64,000 nucleotides of DNA, taken from positions 682,001 through 746,000 of the forward strand of contig BROI01000008.1 of NCBI GenBank assembly GCA_027923505.1. Direction: 5' to 3'. This document shows positions 1 through 11,872 of this stretch, in pieces; the first letter of the stretch is position 1; each line of letters begins with the position of its first letter. Position numbers and translations under genes: made by a program. Source of the DNA: Mayamaea pseudoterrestris. Taxonomy: Eukaryota. The notes under the pieces were generated by a model, which was given only the letters and a program-made list of their open reading frames with translations, ran no database searches and was not told the origin of the DNA.

Positions 1-668
1 TACTCTAGAGAAGCTAGACAAGGCGCTGACTAACTTTGGGATGCCCGTTGGACCAATTACCCTTGCCGATGAAGTTGGAATCGATGTCACATCGCACGTA
101 GCTACATTTCTTTCCAACGCAGACCTTGGCGCACGTATGAGTGGTGGCGACGTCAGCTTGATGAGACACATGGTAGAGAAAGGATGGTTGGGCAAAAAGA
201 CTGGCCAGGGATTCTACACCCACAAGGGTAAGAAGAAGGAGATCAATAGCGAGGTGCAAGCCTTCGTGAAATCTTTTGTTGCACAGGATCGCAAGCTCGA
301 TGAGAAAGAAATTCAAGACCGCATCATATCACGGTGAGTTTATTGAATATCTCAGCATGTTGCTTTGACGGTTTGCTAATTCCCGCCTCGTTCATTGCGC
401 TCTCCCACTCGTTAGCTTTGTAAACGAGGCGGTCAAATGTCTCGAGGACGAGATTATTGAAGATCCAGTGGTTGGTGACATAGGATTGGTTTTTGGAACT
501 GGGTTTGCTCCATTCCGAGGTGGTCCTTTTAGATATTTGGACCAAGTCGGCGTTGCAGGCTACGTCGAAATGATGATGCGCTTCACGGACAGGTACGGCG
601 CACAATTCGAGCCTTGTGACATGATGAAGGATTATGCGCGTTCAAACAAGAAGTTTCACAGCAAATAA
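1..668 (+). CDS. HADHA: 3' end of mitochondrial trifunctional enzyme alpha subunit (3-hydroxyacyl-CoA dehydrogenase C-terminal domains); exons <1-333, 416-668
   Basis: Motifs MPVGPITLADEVGIDV, GWLGKKTGQGFY and GDIGLVFGTGFAPFRGGPFRY. GT-AG intron 334-415 joins IISR to FVNEAVKCLED in frame. Confidence 0.9.
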
Positions 669-696
669 AAAGGAGTAATTAATATATTACGTTTCA

Positions 697-2892
697 TTAG
701 AGGCCAGTGTACGGCCATTCTTTTCTAGGAACTCGTCTAGACCAATTCGCATCGAAATCTACCGACACCAAGCGACTTTTTCCAAGTGCATTGATCACTC
801 CCTGGGATACAGCGCCAGCGGTTTTGCATCGGTCAAACACTGAGGCCAACAGTCTTTCCTTTTGGTGTTCTCTGGCTTGCTTCATAATGACAAGTACGAG
901 GAGCGAATAGCTTATGTGATTATATTCACCAAACTCCTGCATACGAAACATTTTTAGCGCTTTGGTCAACGAATAATGCTTCTCTCTGTCCGTCTCGCGA
1001 GTTTGCAAGCAAGCTTTCATGAGAACAGAAAACGTAAATTGGTCCGGTTTTAACTTAGCCTCCCCTGCTCGGTATCGCTTTAACATTTCTTCCAGCAATT
1101 TAGATACTCCCTGCAATGAATCTGGACGTTGACTTCGTGACCATGCGTCCATTGCGATTGTAAACGAAAGCCTATCTGGCTTTACTGACGAACGTTCTGG
1201 CCGCTCCGCCAGGTCGTCCATTCTTGTCAGCAAACTTTCGGCATCTTCAGGACGGCAGCATCGCGCGAGAGAACTTAGTACTGTGTTGTATTCAATGACA
1301 GAAGGAACGAGAGGGCTCTCTGTATCCCCGACATTTTCAATCGTCTCGAGCAGTGCCAATGCTTGATCAGCCATTCCCTTCTTCTGCAAAGCATCCAACA
1401 GAGCAGAGTAACCTATCATGTCTATGTTGCAAAACGATTTCATTCTTCGCAGTGCCAAAAAAGCCTTCTCAACTGAATCGGGACGACGAGTCGCTCTGGC
1501 CCAAGCCGAGACTACCGCATTACCGCAATATGTATCGGGCTTAAAATCCGCATCGCCTGTTTCATTGTATAATTTGATCAAACGCCGCAATAGAATTTCC
1601 GCTCGTTCCGGAGCGTCATTTTGCTGGGTATTGGCCCATGCCGCGATACAATTTGTAAATGCGAGTATGTTTGGTTTGATCGTACTTCCATCCTGGTATA
1701 GACGTAGCATTTGGTTTAAGATCGATTCAGCGCGTCGTGCCGCATCTCCGGTTCGCTCAATTTTTTCGCATTGCGCCCATGCACTTAGTACCATTGTGTA
1801 TGTCCGAGTATTTGGAGCGATTTTGGCAAATGTAGCCTTCTCATTCATCATTGTCATCGTGCGGAGAATTCCTTCTGCATTAGTTGCAGCCTCGCGACCT
1901 CGGCTACTGCGAGACCATGCGGCAATGCACGTGTTAAAAGCAGCAGCATCCAGTCGTATATGCGTAAACCGGCCATCTTGCAAGCGTTTGGATTCGACAA
2001 CCTCATTCAACAATTTGGTAGCTCGTTCCGGCGCATGTGCATGTCGACTTTGGCTCCATGCATCTAATACACCAGTCAATGTGCGTTCCGTCGGAGGCCA
2101 ACCTCGAAAGGAGAACTGTTTATTTTTTAGCCTCCGAAAACTACAATAAGAACGCCAATCCACCATTTTCCTAAACAATCTCTCGGCCATCTTTCCCGCA
2201 TCTACATCACAGCTCTTGGCCCAGCAGTTGATTGCAATGTTCCAACTCTTTGTGCTTGGTTCGCATGGGCGCATGACAAAACCCTCAGAATGTTGAGTAA
2301 ACTCTTGACATAGTATTAGCATACGCCCCAAAATTCTTTCCGCAGCCTCGGCAGCTTCTTTTCGGCCGCCACATACGGCGTACGCCTGGAGAACAACGTC
2401 ATAGTATGATGCATGAGGAACAAGAACCGTCCTTCGTTGACCCTTGAGATTCTTCTCCAGTGCGGAAAGCAGTCGCTCTGCATGTTGGGCAGCGTCAATT
2501 GTTTTTCGCTGCTCCGAGATTCGAATCCAGGCTTCTAATGTATGATAGTAGTCCTCGGCTCTCCTATTTTGTGAAGAGCTAGCCATTTTCAGATCCTTGA
2601 TCAACTGGTCCGTCTTGCGTAACAGGTCGTCGTAGCGCATCCCGTGAGTTGGACAGCCGCATAAGGATGCTCGCTTGTTACTTTTTGCAGGACTTGAAGC
2701 AGCAACGCATGAGTATTTCGCTTGAGTATTTGTCATGGCCGGCTTTTGCCCACGGCCATGAGTGTTAAGTGGATTGAATGCACTAGTTGATGCTGAGGTA
2801 ATGCTGCTATAGCCGCTTAAATTGATATGTCGAGGCGGCGGAACATGATGAGGTCGTGTCTGAGAGATAATACTTCTTTTCAGTATCCTCAT
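697..2892 (-). CDS. Pentatricopeptide repeat (PPR) protein, probably organelle-targeted
   Basis: Repeated PPR-like units (PNTRTYTMVLSAWA, PNILAFTNCIAAWA, PDRLSFTIAMDAWS, PDQFTFSVLMKAC) and a basic Ser/Arg-rich N-terminus. Confidence 0.85.
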   Translation of the reverse strand: MRILKRSIISQTRPHHVPPPRHINLSGYSSITSASTSAFNPLNTHGRGQKPAMTNTQAKYSCVAASSPAKSNKRASLCGCPTHGMRYDDLLRKTDQLIKDLKMASSSQNRRAEDYYHTLEAWIRISEQRKTIDAAQHAERLLSALEKNLKGQRRTVLVPHASYYDVVLQAYAVCGGRKEAAEAAERILGRMLILCQEFTQHSEGFVMRPCEPSTKSWNIAINCWAKSCDVDAGKMAERLFRKMVDWRSYCSFRRLKNKQFSFRGWPPTERTLTGVLDAWSQSRHAHAPERATKLLNEVVESKRLQDGRFTHIRLDAAAFNTCIAAWSRSSRGREAATNAEGILRTMTMMNEKATFAKIAPNTRTYTMVLSAWAQCEKIERTGDAARRAESILNQMLRLYQDGSTIKPNILAFTNCIAAWANTQQNDAPERAEILLRRLIKLYNETGDADFKPDTYCGNAVVSAWARATRRPDSVEKAFLALRRMKSFCNIDMIGYSALLDALQKKGMADQALALLETIENVGDTESPLVPSVIEYNTVLSSLARCCRPEDAESLLTRMDDLAERPERSSVKPDRLSFTIAMDAWSRSQRPDSLQGVSKLLEEMLKRYRAGEAKLKPDQFTFSVLMKACLQTRETDREKHYSLTKALKMFRMQEFGEYNHISYSLLVLVIMKQAREHQKERLLASVFDRCKTAGAVSQGVINALGKSRLVSVDFDANWSRRVPRKEWPYTGL

Positions 2893-3118
2893 ATTGTACC
2901 TTCTGGAACATAATTGAAGCTGCTAACGTTGCGGCCACGATGGATGTGGGATACAGCATCATCACCATGGTGATTGACGGCGACGAAGAAAAAGATGGTG
3001 AGTGTCTCACTGGTTCTTTAGGTCCTGCTGTGACACTTCATTTCCGTTGTGTTGTCCGGGTTCCGACGAGCACCATCAATATATGACGGTACGCGAAAAT
3101 CACGACACAACTTTCACC

Positions 3119-5337
3119 ATGGCGTCCCTTTCGCAGGACTCGGCGACCGGAGCCACTAACTTTTTAAGACTTTTGGAGCTACAGCCGCTGCAGAATCTTG
3201 CGAAGAATTTCGATATTGATGTCGCTTCGTGGTGAGTCAGCTCCATGGTGCTGCTACAACTGCTGCCTCGTCATTGATATTCAACATCATTAGTTGCGAT
3301 GTTGTTGGTAAATGGACCTTGGTGCTCACACAGCCATCTTCCTTCCCACAAAAAGCCTCGATGAAATTATTCATGAGCTAAAGATTGGCCATGACGAAGA
3401 TGACGTTCAGTATGATGCTGAAACGCTCAACTTTGCCCATGCAGCTCTTGCTGTGCAGGTGAGCGCACGGAGGAAAATCATTGCACCTCGCTCGTCTCTT
3501 GTTATCGCATTCTCATGCATCGTCTCCTGTGATCTTTTAGAATTCAGCGCATATTTACAGCCGCAAAGTCGACCATTTGTACTCTCTCGCCACCACGACA
3601 GCCGAAGATATTGCCGACAGCAACAAACAAAAGAAACGAGACGACCGCTCCAAGGAATTGGAAAGCATGGACGCCTTTTTTGAGCTTCATCAAGACCCAG
3701 AATTCTTGCTGCTCGATGATGTGCCCAATGACGCCAAAAAAGATATGGAAGTCAAGTCTGCGCGATTGTCCTTGTCCACCAGGTATTCCCTTTCGTCGCG
3801 GACCAGCATTAACTGGAGCAGAGACAGCATTGAAATGTCGCGCTACGAGGATCAAATGCGACATTCTAGAGTCAACGCGTCAGTCCGCGAGCTGCTACGA
3901 AATTCTGGGAGCGGGTTCTTTTCGAGTAACCAGATCAATGCTGATGGCTGTTTGTGCTTGCCTGGTTCGCGTCCACGAGAAATTGAGAGTAATGGAAAGT
4001 TGTCTCTAAATATCAGTGACCATGTTGAAGGACGTCATGTACACGAAGAGGATGGCGATTTTCCGATGCACGGTATTGATCACGATAATGATGACAACGA
4101 CGGACCAGCGTTTAATTTTCCGACCGAGGACCACGATGACGACAATATCGGATTCGCGGATGATGGACCAACGGCGGACGTTCGGAAGCACGTCTCATTC
4201 GCCCCCGCTACCATTTGTTCCGCCAAGAAAGTAGACATTTGGGAAATGCTTGATCCAAACAAAGAAACACTCAAGGGAAAGCCTCTTCGAGTCGGGAAGA
4301 CTATTGTACTCCCTCCTGGAATTGATTCCCGTCCCTCGGATGTTGTCACGGGTGCGCGCACTCGCCGCATCGCCAGTCGAGCAAAAGAGACCACTATGGC
4401 AGAAGCACCAACGTTTCGTTCGCTGACGATGGAGACGTTCCAGGCGACACTAGCTGCCCGCAAGCGAAGTCATAGCGCTTTGGTGAATGCCGATGATTCT
4501 ATTGGAATTGTTGACGCTCTCATGCCTACCGTACCCTTGCGAGGCTTTTGCTTTGGTTCAGAATTTGCGTATATCGCCAAAGCAAACACCGCACGCAGAG
4601 CGGCCGAACGCCGCGAGCGTCGAAAGGAGGAACAGTTAAAAGCAAACAGTCAGCACGAGATAAACCCTCCAGTCGAGCAGCTTGACTACGACGACGACGA
4701 CGATGATGGCGTTGGCTTTGTTTTTGGTGGAGAGGACGATCATGACAACTATGGAGGAGAACCCGACAGTCAATTTGCAAGTAATACGGGTCTCGCATCA
4801 ATGGATGACGCCTTTCAGCATCGATTGCTTGATCATGCCACGGAAGATGCAGACAATGCTCAAACTTTTGAAGAGCTATGTCGTCTCCATCTTGGTAGTT
4901 TAAAGGAAAGCAATAATAAATACATGAACCGGTCCAAGCTCGCCAAGCGCGTCAACGAATGGCAGGAGCGAATGGCTGTCGCACTGGATGCAGAGATGGA
5001 GCGGCCTGTATTTGACATTCATGAGTACGGTCAGAGCGTCATTCGGTTAGCGGAGAAGGAATCACAACGCCTAGCGTACAGTTCGAAGGATGTTGACTTG
5101 ACGGACGAGGACGCAAGCGAGTGCATTGCATTTCATGAGGTTGTTCGCCATCAGCCACAGCATGAAATTTGCCGAATGTTCCTTGCCACACTCAGTTTAT
5201 GCTGCTCTGGTAACGTGGAAGTCTTGGATAATACTGGTGGTGATGGAAGCACTCTCATGCTCAAGCTGATCAGCGCTAAGGTCGACACACCAATGGAGCA
5301 GTATGTAGCCCCAAGTGAGCTCGCAACCAGACATTGA
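3119..5337 (+). CDS. NCAPH2: Condensin II kleisin subunit H2; exons 3119-3231, 3356-3458, 3541-5337
   Basis: Spliced N-terminus LQPLQNLAKNFDIDVASCLDE...NFAHAALAVQNSAHIYSRKVDHLYSL and C-terminal FDIHEYG...ICRMFLATLSLCCSGNV match the CAP-H2 N and C domains. Both introns are GT-AG. Confidence 0.85.
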
Positions 5338-5453
5338 GCTTATTGCATCTAACTTAGTAGCGTTTAGAAGGGATAAAAGAATTAATTTGTCAATATTGCC
5401 CGCGTACCACATTGCATCTACTCAAGCACTTAAACATGTTCATGTTCTATTAT

Positions 5454-6631
5454 TTATTTTTCCGAGATAAATAGTGTTCTGTATCCATTCGTGATGGACT
5501 CAATCGAAAGCAAGATGATCATCGCGTGTGGTGCACATCTGAATCGTCATCGGGGGAGCAAAGATTAGACTTGTATCGCCAAGGCATCACTGAATGTGTC
5601 GATAAAAAACGTACCTGCCATAGTAAGCCGAGAAACCTGCAAAGAAGCCTCGAGGTCCATCTGTTTTCATAATCTTGGCGGCACAGTCTAGCACACCCTT
5701 ATAGGGATACTCGCTCGTGATGGGGTCTGGCTTTTGTGCCATCAAGCGAGACTTGATGAGGTCGAATGGCAGACTAAACAGGGCGGCGGTAAACCCAGCG
5801 GTTGCCGCCGCTCCTAGACGTGTCGGCAGACTCGGGCCGTTCGTCATTGGATCATTCAAAAGCATCGCAACCGTTTCCTTGGCCTGGTCGTAACAGGCAA
5901 GCATACCAACGTTCATGGACATTCCGCGAAGAATATTTGGAGCCAAACCTTTATATAGCGCACCAACTCCTTCCTCTTTCGTCGTGCGAATGAGTGCGTC
6001 AAAGACATTCTTGTAGTTTCGGCGCTGATCTGGCGCCGCCAGCGAGTCTGACTGCAATCTGACAAGTGCAATGTCAAATGGTGTACCAATGCAGACGGCG
6101 AGTGAGCCACTGGCCATTCCGCTCAACGTCTTCTCCAAAAAGTTTATAGGCTTTCCTTCGTTCCTTTGTACCAACATGTCGCTGAAGGTGCGATGCAAAC
6201 CGATTCGTGCAGTTCCATACACCAACTGACGTCCAATGGCAGCGTCGACTCCCTTGTAGCATGCCGAAATACCATCGGCTTTAAAAAGCTTCGTAAGGAT
6301 TTGAACAAAACTTGGAATTGGTTTTCCTGGGTTGAGTTGACCATAAATCTGCATATGAACTTGGCGATATAACGAACGAGAAGAAAGCAGTGAGTGGGGC
6401 TTTGTGTGCGGCATTTCAGCTTTATAAGCGTCAATTTCTTCATCAATTACCTTTGGCAAGGTCCAGAGGATGGATCACCACGCTTGCAAACGTGGCGCTA
6501 GCTCCGCCGCATACAAATGGCTCGCTATGGAAGAATCGAAGCGAGAATTGTGTGTGAGGCTAGTTGTAGAATGTGCGCCCTTCCATATATACCACAACTC
6601 AATAGACATACATTGTTTTAGCAATCGTCAT
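5454..6631 (-). CDS. Mitochondrial carrier, 2-oxoglutarate/malate (di/tricarboxylate) type; exons 6631-6612, 6524-6451, 6359-5615, 5538-5454
   Basis: Three PX[DE]XX[KR]-type signatures (PLDLAK, PFDIALVR, PFDLIKSR), RQLVYGTARIG and RRNYKNVFDAL. Splicing restores MTIAKTIEPFVCGG and GRCAPHAMII. Confidence 0.88.
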
Positions 6632-7089
6632 TTTCAACAGAGTCCGTTTACAGATAAAATAACTTCAGGCAATGTTCGAGCAGAGCAGGAGGTTGCGCTT
6701 GTAGACAGTCAGAAAATGAGATGCCTTGCCTTGCCTGACTAGTTACGGTGTCTGTGTCAGGTGCCAACTTATAAAATTAGCAAGTTTGTTGGATTGATCG
6801 GGTAGCAACGGTTGGGAAGCAGGAATACTTTCGTCGGGAGAAGAGTAAATGGATTATGAATCAAGATGCAATAGACGACATGCCGATAAACGACGACGGA
6901 GGTGAACAAAAAAGGGAGCGCGATTTTGGCGCGCCAGAAGTGCGTACGCAAGCGAAGGGCATAGATCACGAAATCACACTACTTTGAAAACTAAAACCCC
7001 AGTATTCACAATGACTATTCTACCGTGCTCCAAATTGCTATTGTAACTTGTCCATATTGTAACTGTACAAGCCTGTACTGTACCGTACT

Positions 7090-8100
7090 TTAACGACCGC
7101 GGTAGACTTCCTTTTGTACAAAGGCATCATCCCATCGATTCCACACAAAGCCAATGGCATTCAATCGCTCCAATCGTTGTGGTGTTAGCAGAGATGGCTT
7201 TTGACTCTGCCGCTTAGTAAACTCTTTTCGTTGATTGCTGACCCAATTGGCGAGCTTTGCATTTGTAAAGGAAATAGGAACGTTAAAATCGCCAAACGTC
7301 TGGCGATAATCGAGCAGCTCATGAAACCGGAGCTCCCATTGAATGTCGTGGCGACTCATATTCCAAGTTGGATCAATCTGTTCCAACGCCTGGATTCGCT
7401 GCAACAAATCGCCATTGTCCCCCTTTATCTTTGCCTGCGCAAGCTCCTTGCGTTGCTTACCAAGCCATCGTCGCATTGTCGTTGAGAGAGGGAGTAAGCC
7501 AACTCTTGTTTGGCCTGACGCTTTTAGCAAAGACTCAAGGCATCGATAGCTCGTCCACCAGTCGCCCTCACATTCTCCATGGTGTCGCAGCTTTTGTTGC
7601 GAATTGTCGGTAGCTTCCCAGCAAAAATCGAGCTTGTTAAGAATATCAATTTGTTTTGTCGTCAAAGATGAGTCTTCGCCTAGCATGAGCTTTCGATAGT
7701 TCAGCCTTTGCTTTGATACCCATAAACCAAGATTGCCATGCCCGCGATACCGCTTCGGAACGCATGTTGTGCCATGTTCATTTAAGTAATCATTCAACTG
7801 GGCAATTCTTTCGTTCCATGAATATCTATTACGAATTGCATGAGTTTGATTGGAAGCAGCTTTTCTTGATATGCTTGGCGTCAGCGCCAAGGCATGTGTC
7901 GACGTTCGAGCGTCCACGCTGTCAGCCTCAGGATTCTCCATTGAGAAGAGACATTCTGATGGCCCTAGGGACTGATACTTTACCAGCTTATGCCGCCACT
8001 GTTTGTGCTCTACGTTTTGGAAAGCACATGTTCTTTGCAAACTTGAAGCCATCGCGAAAGCAAGAACGCAGGCTGCAGATCGGATGACAATCTTGTGCAT
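7090..8100 (-). CDS. Helicase-associated (HA) repeat protein with a probable signal/transit presequence
   Basis: Repeats WNERIAQL...HGTTCVP...LGLWVSKQR...LNKLDFCW and WELRFHEL...FGDFNVP...LANWVSNQR...LNAIGFVW. Hydrophobic N-terminus ends in CA-FQ. Confidence 0.8.
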   Translation of the reverse strand: MHKIVIRSAACVLAFAMASSLQRTCAFQNVEHKQWRHKLVKYQSLGPSECLFSMENPEADSVDARTSTHALALTPSISRKAASNQTHAIRNRYSWNERIAQLNDYLNEHGTTCVPKRYRGHGNLGLWVSKQRLNYRKLMLGEDSSLTTKQIDILNKLDFCWEATDNSQQKLRHHGECEGDWWTSYRCLESLLKASGQTRVGLLPLSTTMRRWLGKQRKELAQAKIKGDNGDLLQRIQALEQIDPTWNMSRHDIQWELRFHELLDYRQTFGDFNVPISFTNAKLANWVSNQRKEFTKRQSQKPSLLTPQRLERLNAIGFVWNRWDDAFVQKEVYRGR

Positions 8101-8441
8101 CGTAGTTGACGACAAAAGTAGCCGCTCGAATTTCAGATAATCTCAGCTATAGCATGAGATCATCGAGCACTGCCTGGCATCGAACACATCATCGGCGAGC
8201 CGTCGATACAAGTAGTCCAAGGTTCAAAGAAAGTGACTGACCGCCCGATGTGAAGTCCACATCCATGCACGCGCGAGCGTGCCTTTTGTGACGTCATTGA
8301 GTGAGTTGCGGTACGATGGAGCAACGCGAAGGACCACACCTAATCGTTTCTGTTCGAAGATGGCGTAATCCCACAAGAGCAGCAAGTGGCTAAATTTCGG
8401 CTAAATTCAACAATTCACTGCAACTTATAAATACGGAGGAA

Positions 8442-9306
8442 ATGTTTTCGGCAGCGTCTCGAATTATTTCATACAAGGCGCCGCAGGCAGCTCGCCACTT
8501 GTATCCTGGCAGCGCCACCAGCTCGCTCCGACAGCAAATCCGTTCCGTCTTCATTCAAACGCTCGATACTCCAAATCCAGAGTCTTTGAAATTTGTTCCG
8601 AGCGGTGTACCGGTCCTCAAATCAGACGATGAAGATATCAATGGCTTTTACGTTACGAAAAACGACCCCATTAATGAAATCCTTCGGAGTCCGCTCGCGA
8701 AGAAACTGTTTGATGTAGAAGGAGTCAAGGCTGTTTACTTAGGAGCCGATTTTGTAACGGGTACGAAAGAAAAGAAGTTTGCTGACGTTCACCAAGTGTT
8801 TATGCTCAATGATTATGTCTTTTCTACTAGTCACGAAATTTGCAGAGAAGAAATGGAAACTTTTACGGCCACAGATATTTGAGGTGCTCATGTCGTGGGC
8901 TGACACTGGCAAGCCCGCACTACTCGACAAGCCAGAAGTGACAGATACCACTATTTTGGAAGACGATGATGAAGTAGTCGCTATGATCAAGGAGCTGATT
9001 GAAGCAAGGATCCGACCAGCTGTACAGGAGGATGGGGGGGACATACGATACGTTGATTACGCCGAGGACACTGGACTGGTGACTGTCGAGCTTGCCGGCA
9101 GTTGCGTCGGATGCCCCAGCAGTTCTGTCACATTGAAACAGGGCGTAGAGAACATGCTAATGCACTACATTCCTGAGATTACTGGAGTACAGGCGCTCGA
9201 AAATGAGGAAACCCTTGATATCAACAGCGACAGCAGCTCTGGCGATGGAAGCCAAAAGTCATACGAGGCGCGACTAGCTGCAGCTGGCATTCCATTTTCG
9301 GAGTAA
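8442..9306 (+). CDS. NFU1: Mitochondrial NifU-like Fe-S scaffold; intron 8761-8830
   Basis: [27 protein letters not shown] and [21 protein letters not shown] (CxxC). Confidence 0.93.
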
Positions 9307-9584
9307 TTTTGGAATAGTTTCTTTCTTTTAAAAACATATTCGTTACCACGTTCGCCGTTGCTCGGCCATGCTTCTCCAAGTGGTGTAAAGATCAAGCATG
9401 CAATTGAAAGATAGGTCACGTATCAAATCGGCTCGATTGCTCAGACGTTACTGTTTGACTCGTTAAAGTTCATTGGTTACTGTTGTAGCAATGGATGACT
9501 AATCGCAATGATTATTAAGGCATAGCTAACAAACTGCAACATGTACGTATCATACAAGCATAATGCGCAACATCCATCGTGCTT

Positions 9585-10905
9585 CTAAGTGCTTGTGATG
9601 GCTTTGGCAACGACATGCTGACAACCCACACCCACTCCAGCAGCTGTTACACAGTCTGGCATCTGCGTTAAAAGCTCAAAGATAAAGTTCGGTTGAGGCC
9701 TATTCGAGCTCATGACACGACTGAGTAGGCAAGGTGAAACAACTTCCTCGCGTATAATGCGCCTATTGGCCTTGTTCATTGACAGGTATATGCCAATTTT
9801 CTTCCAAACCACAGAGTCTTCTGATTGCCTGATAAGCGATCCAAGACCTTTTAAAACGGAATGAATAAACATGTTCTCTCGAACCGCTTCAAGGAGTTCC
9901 GTAGCGCATTCATCCATTTTGTTACCATCAAGCAAAACATGGCGTAGTCGCCGCATGGTAGCAAGTCCCTTGCAAAACGCTACGCACCCGTCGCGAGTCA
10001 TCTTGGTCTGAGTCAAGCATAGACTGCACAAGCTTTCGTGATTTTGCAATCCATGAGCGAGGTAGCTGGCACCGTCATCGCGAATTGGGTTGTGTGATAG
10101 TTTCAGTCACAAGCGTCTGATTTTTCTGCAGGCCATGTGCAAGCAATACCCTAATAGCTTTGCCATCCAGCTTGTTTCGACGCAAAGAGAGGGTTTCTAC
10201 GGTCGCGTTGCAAGCAAGCATTCGAGCTAGACCCCTCGCGTCGACGGACCTGAGGTCCATGTCGTCAATGACTAGCGACATAATGGAGGCATTCTCCCTC
10301 AGTGCACGCAGGAGCGTTGGCTTTGTTTCCATTTCTAAATCGATTCTTCGTAAATTCAACGTGCGCAGAGTGCAGGTGTTCTTCAATCCAGCACAAATGT
10401 CTGCCATTCCTTTGGTCGAAACAACAATTTTGACGAGACTGAGCGATGCCAGAGACGACGCTTTTAGAGCGAGCATGCTGCCAAGCAAAGCGCATCCCAT
10501 GTCGTCCAAGAGGCATTTTGAAATATTCAATTCCATCAATTGCTTGTTTCCAAATAAAGTATGGGGTATCGCCATGGGGTTGTCATTGAAACGAAGGTCC
10601 GTGAGCGAAACAATCGTCATCGTCGAATTCTTCAAAAAAACGTCAGCGAAGGCCTTTTGTGCTTTAAGATCCAAATCAGCATTTTGAAAATAAAGCTTTC
10701 TAGCAATGTTATTTCCCGCCAGTGCATTTAGCAGCAAAATAGCAGCTGATTCTCTGACGCTGCAATCAAGATATCCCGATCCGTCAAAGCAGAGAGGCGT
10801 TTCGGGATGCCACTCGTTCTGTTTCAAAAGTTTGAGAGCATTCACCAACGATGCCAAATCTCCCACTGTATAGCCACGGCCGTGCCAGGAAGGGTGTCGC
10901 GTCAT
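9585..10905 (-). pseudogene. RNI-like leucine-rich repeat protein gene interrupted by a frameshift near 10107 (pseudogene, null allele or sequence error)
   Basis: LRR units (NATVETLSLRRNKLDGKA, TLRTLNLRRI). NQTLV continues as LKLSHNPIRDDGASYLAHGLQNH only after a frame change, and there is no room for an intron. Confidence 0.65.
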
Positions 10906-11141
10906 GGTCGTAGCTAGCTTGTTTAGAGAAATTGATTGATTCTACCGGTAGCAGCCGATGCGAAATGCGCATGGAATCGTGCATGTTGGTCAGACCTGAG
11001 TACCGGTACGACGACGTTCTCATCAGTCATCGCTCATTACAGCTGCCTACTGTTTGACCATGGCGCCACCACAGGCCGTTCTGCTGTGTCAACTTTTCTT
11101 CACTCGCTACACAGATCTTTAAAGCACTCTACACATTCGCG

Positions 11142-11696
11142 ATGGAAGCTTTAGATGGCAAAGCGTCGTCATTCAATATTGACAATACTATGGTCGCCTC
11201 CTCAGCGCCATCGCCGCTCCATGTGCTTCAATGCTACCTTGCGTCAGTAACACCTTGTGATAAGGAAGACAATCATGCGATTCAGCAAGAAACACATGAT
11301 CAATTGTTGAGAGTAGCCGACTTTTTATATAACAGTTGCATGGAAGGAGCGCTCAGCATTCTCGACCATGAACCGCCATTGATTACGCAGGTTGTTTCGG
11401 CAGCTTCGCAGCGTTCTTTGTATCTGGTCCAAGGTTCCAGTCACAAGAGCAGATCTAGCAACGAAACATATTTGTGCTACACGTCACCTGACGTCAATGA
11501 TTCCCTTTCGATGCATCATTGCTCTTGTCGTTCATTTTGGGAGCGAAGTCGAAACAGTGGGTCTGCGACACTTTGCAAACATTTGCTTGCCCTGCATCTT
11601 CTTCCAGGTTTAAACGGCAAGTTCCATACCTTGCAGATTGCGTCAGATGAAGAATTTGCTAATATTGTGTTGAGCCGTCTCCGGATCAATTACTGA
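11142..11696 (+). CDS. ZSWIM7: SWIM-type zinc finger protein, Sws1/ZSWIM7-like (Shu complex)
   Basis: CSC...CKH SWIM motif in a small protein, preceded by RSLYLVQGSS...YLC. Confidence 0.7.
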   Translation: MEALDGKASSFNIDNTMVASSAPSPLHVLQCYLASVTPCDKEDNHAIQQETHDQLLRVADFLYNSCMEGALSILDHEPPLITQVVSAASQRSLYLVQGSSHKSRSSNETYLCYTSPDVNDSLSMHHCSCRSFWERSRNSGSATLCKHLLALHLLPGLNGKFHTLQIASDEEFANIVLSRLRINY

Positions 11697-11872
11697 CGCA
11701 TGTATAGAGCTTTGCCGTTTTCTCCTCGGTCGTTTCGACTGGGTCACACCTATTGCAACCTTCTTTTCTGGTGTAATCAATTCGTATAGGTGATAGCCCG
11801 TACTATTAAAGATAGATAACATTACTAATAGATAAAAATGAGGGACAATCGGGGATTGCTTTTGATTCATCG

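Noticed and set aside
1418..2149. Long antisense ORFs (also 10160-10687, 32541-33101, 38149-38787, 49132-49608)
   Set aside because: These are shadows of real genes on the opposite strand, with no domain features.
8289..8296. Single TGACGTCA (CRE) palindrome upstream of NFU1
   Set aside because: About one such 8-mer is expected by chance in a window this size, and there is no supporting cluster.
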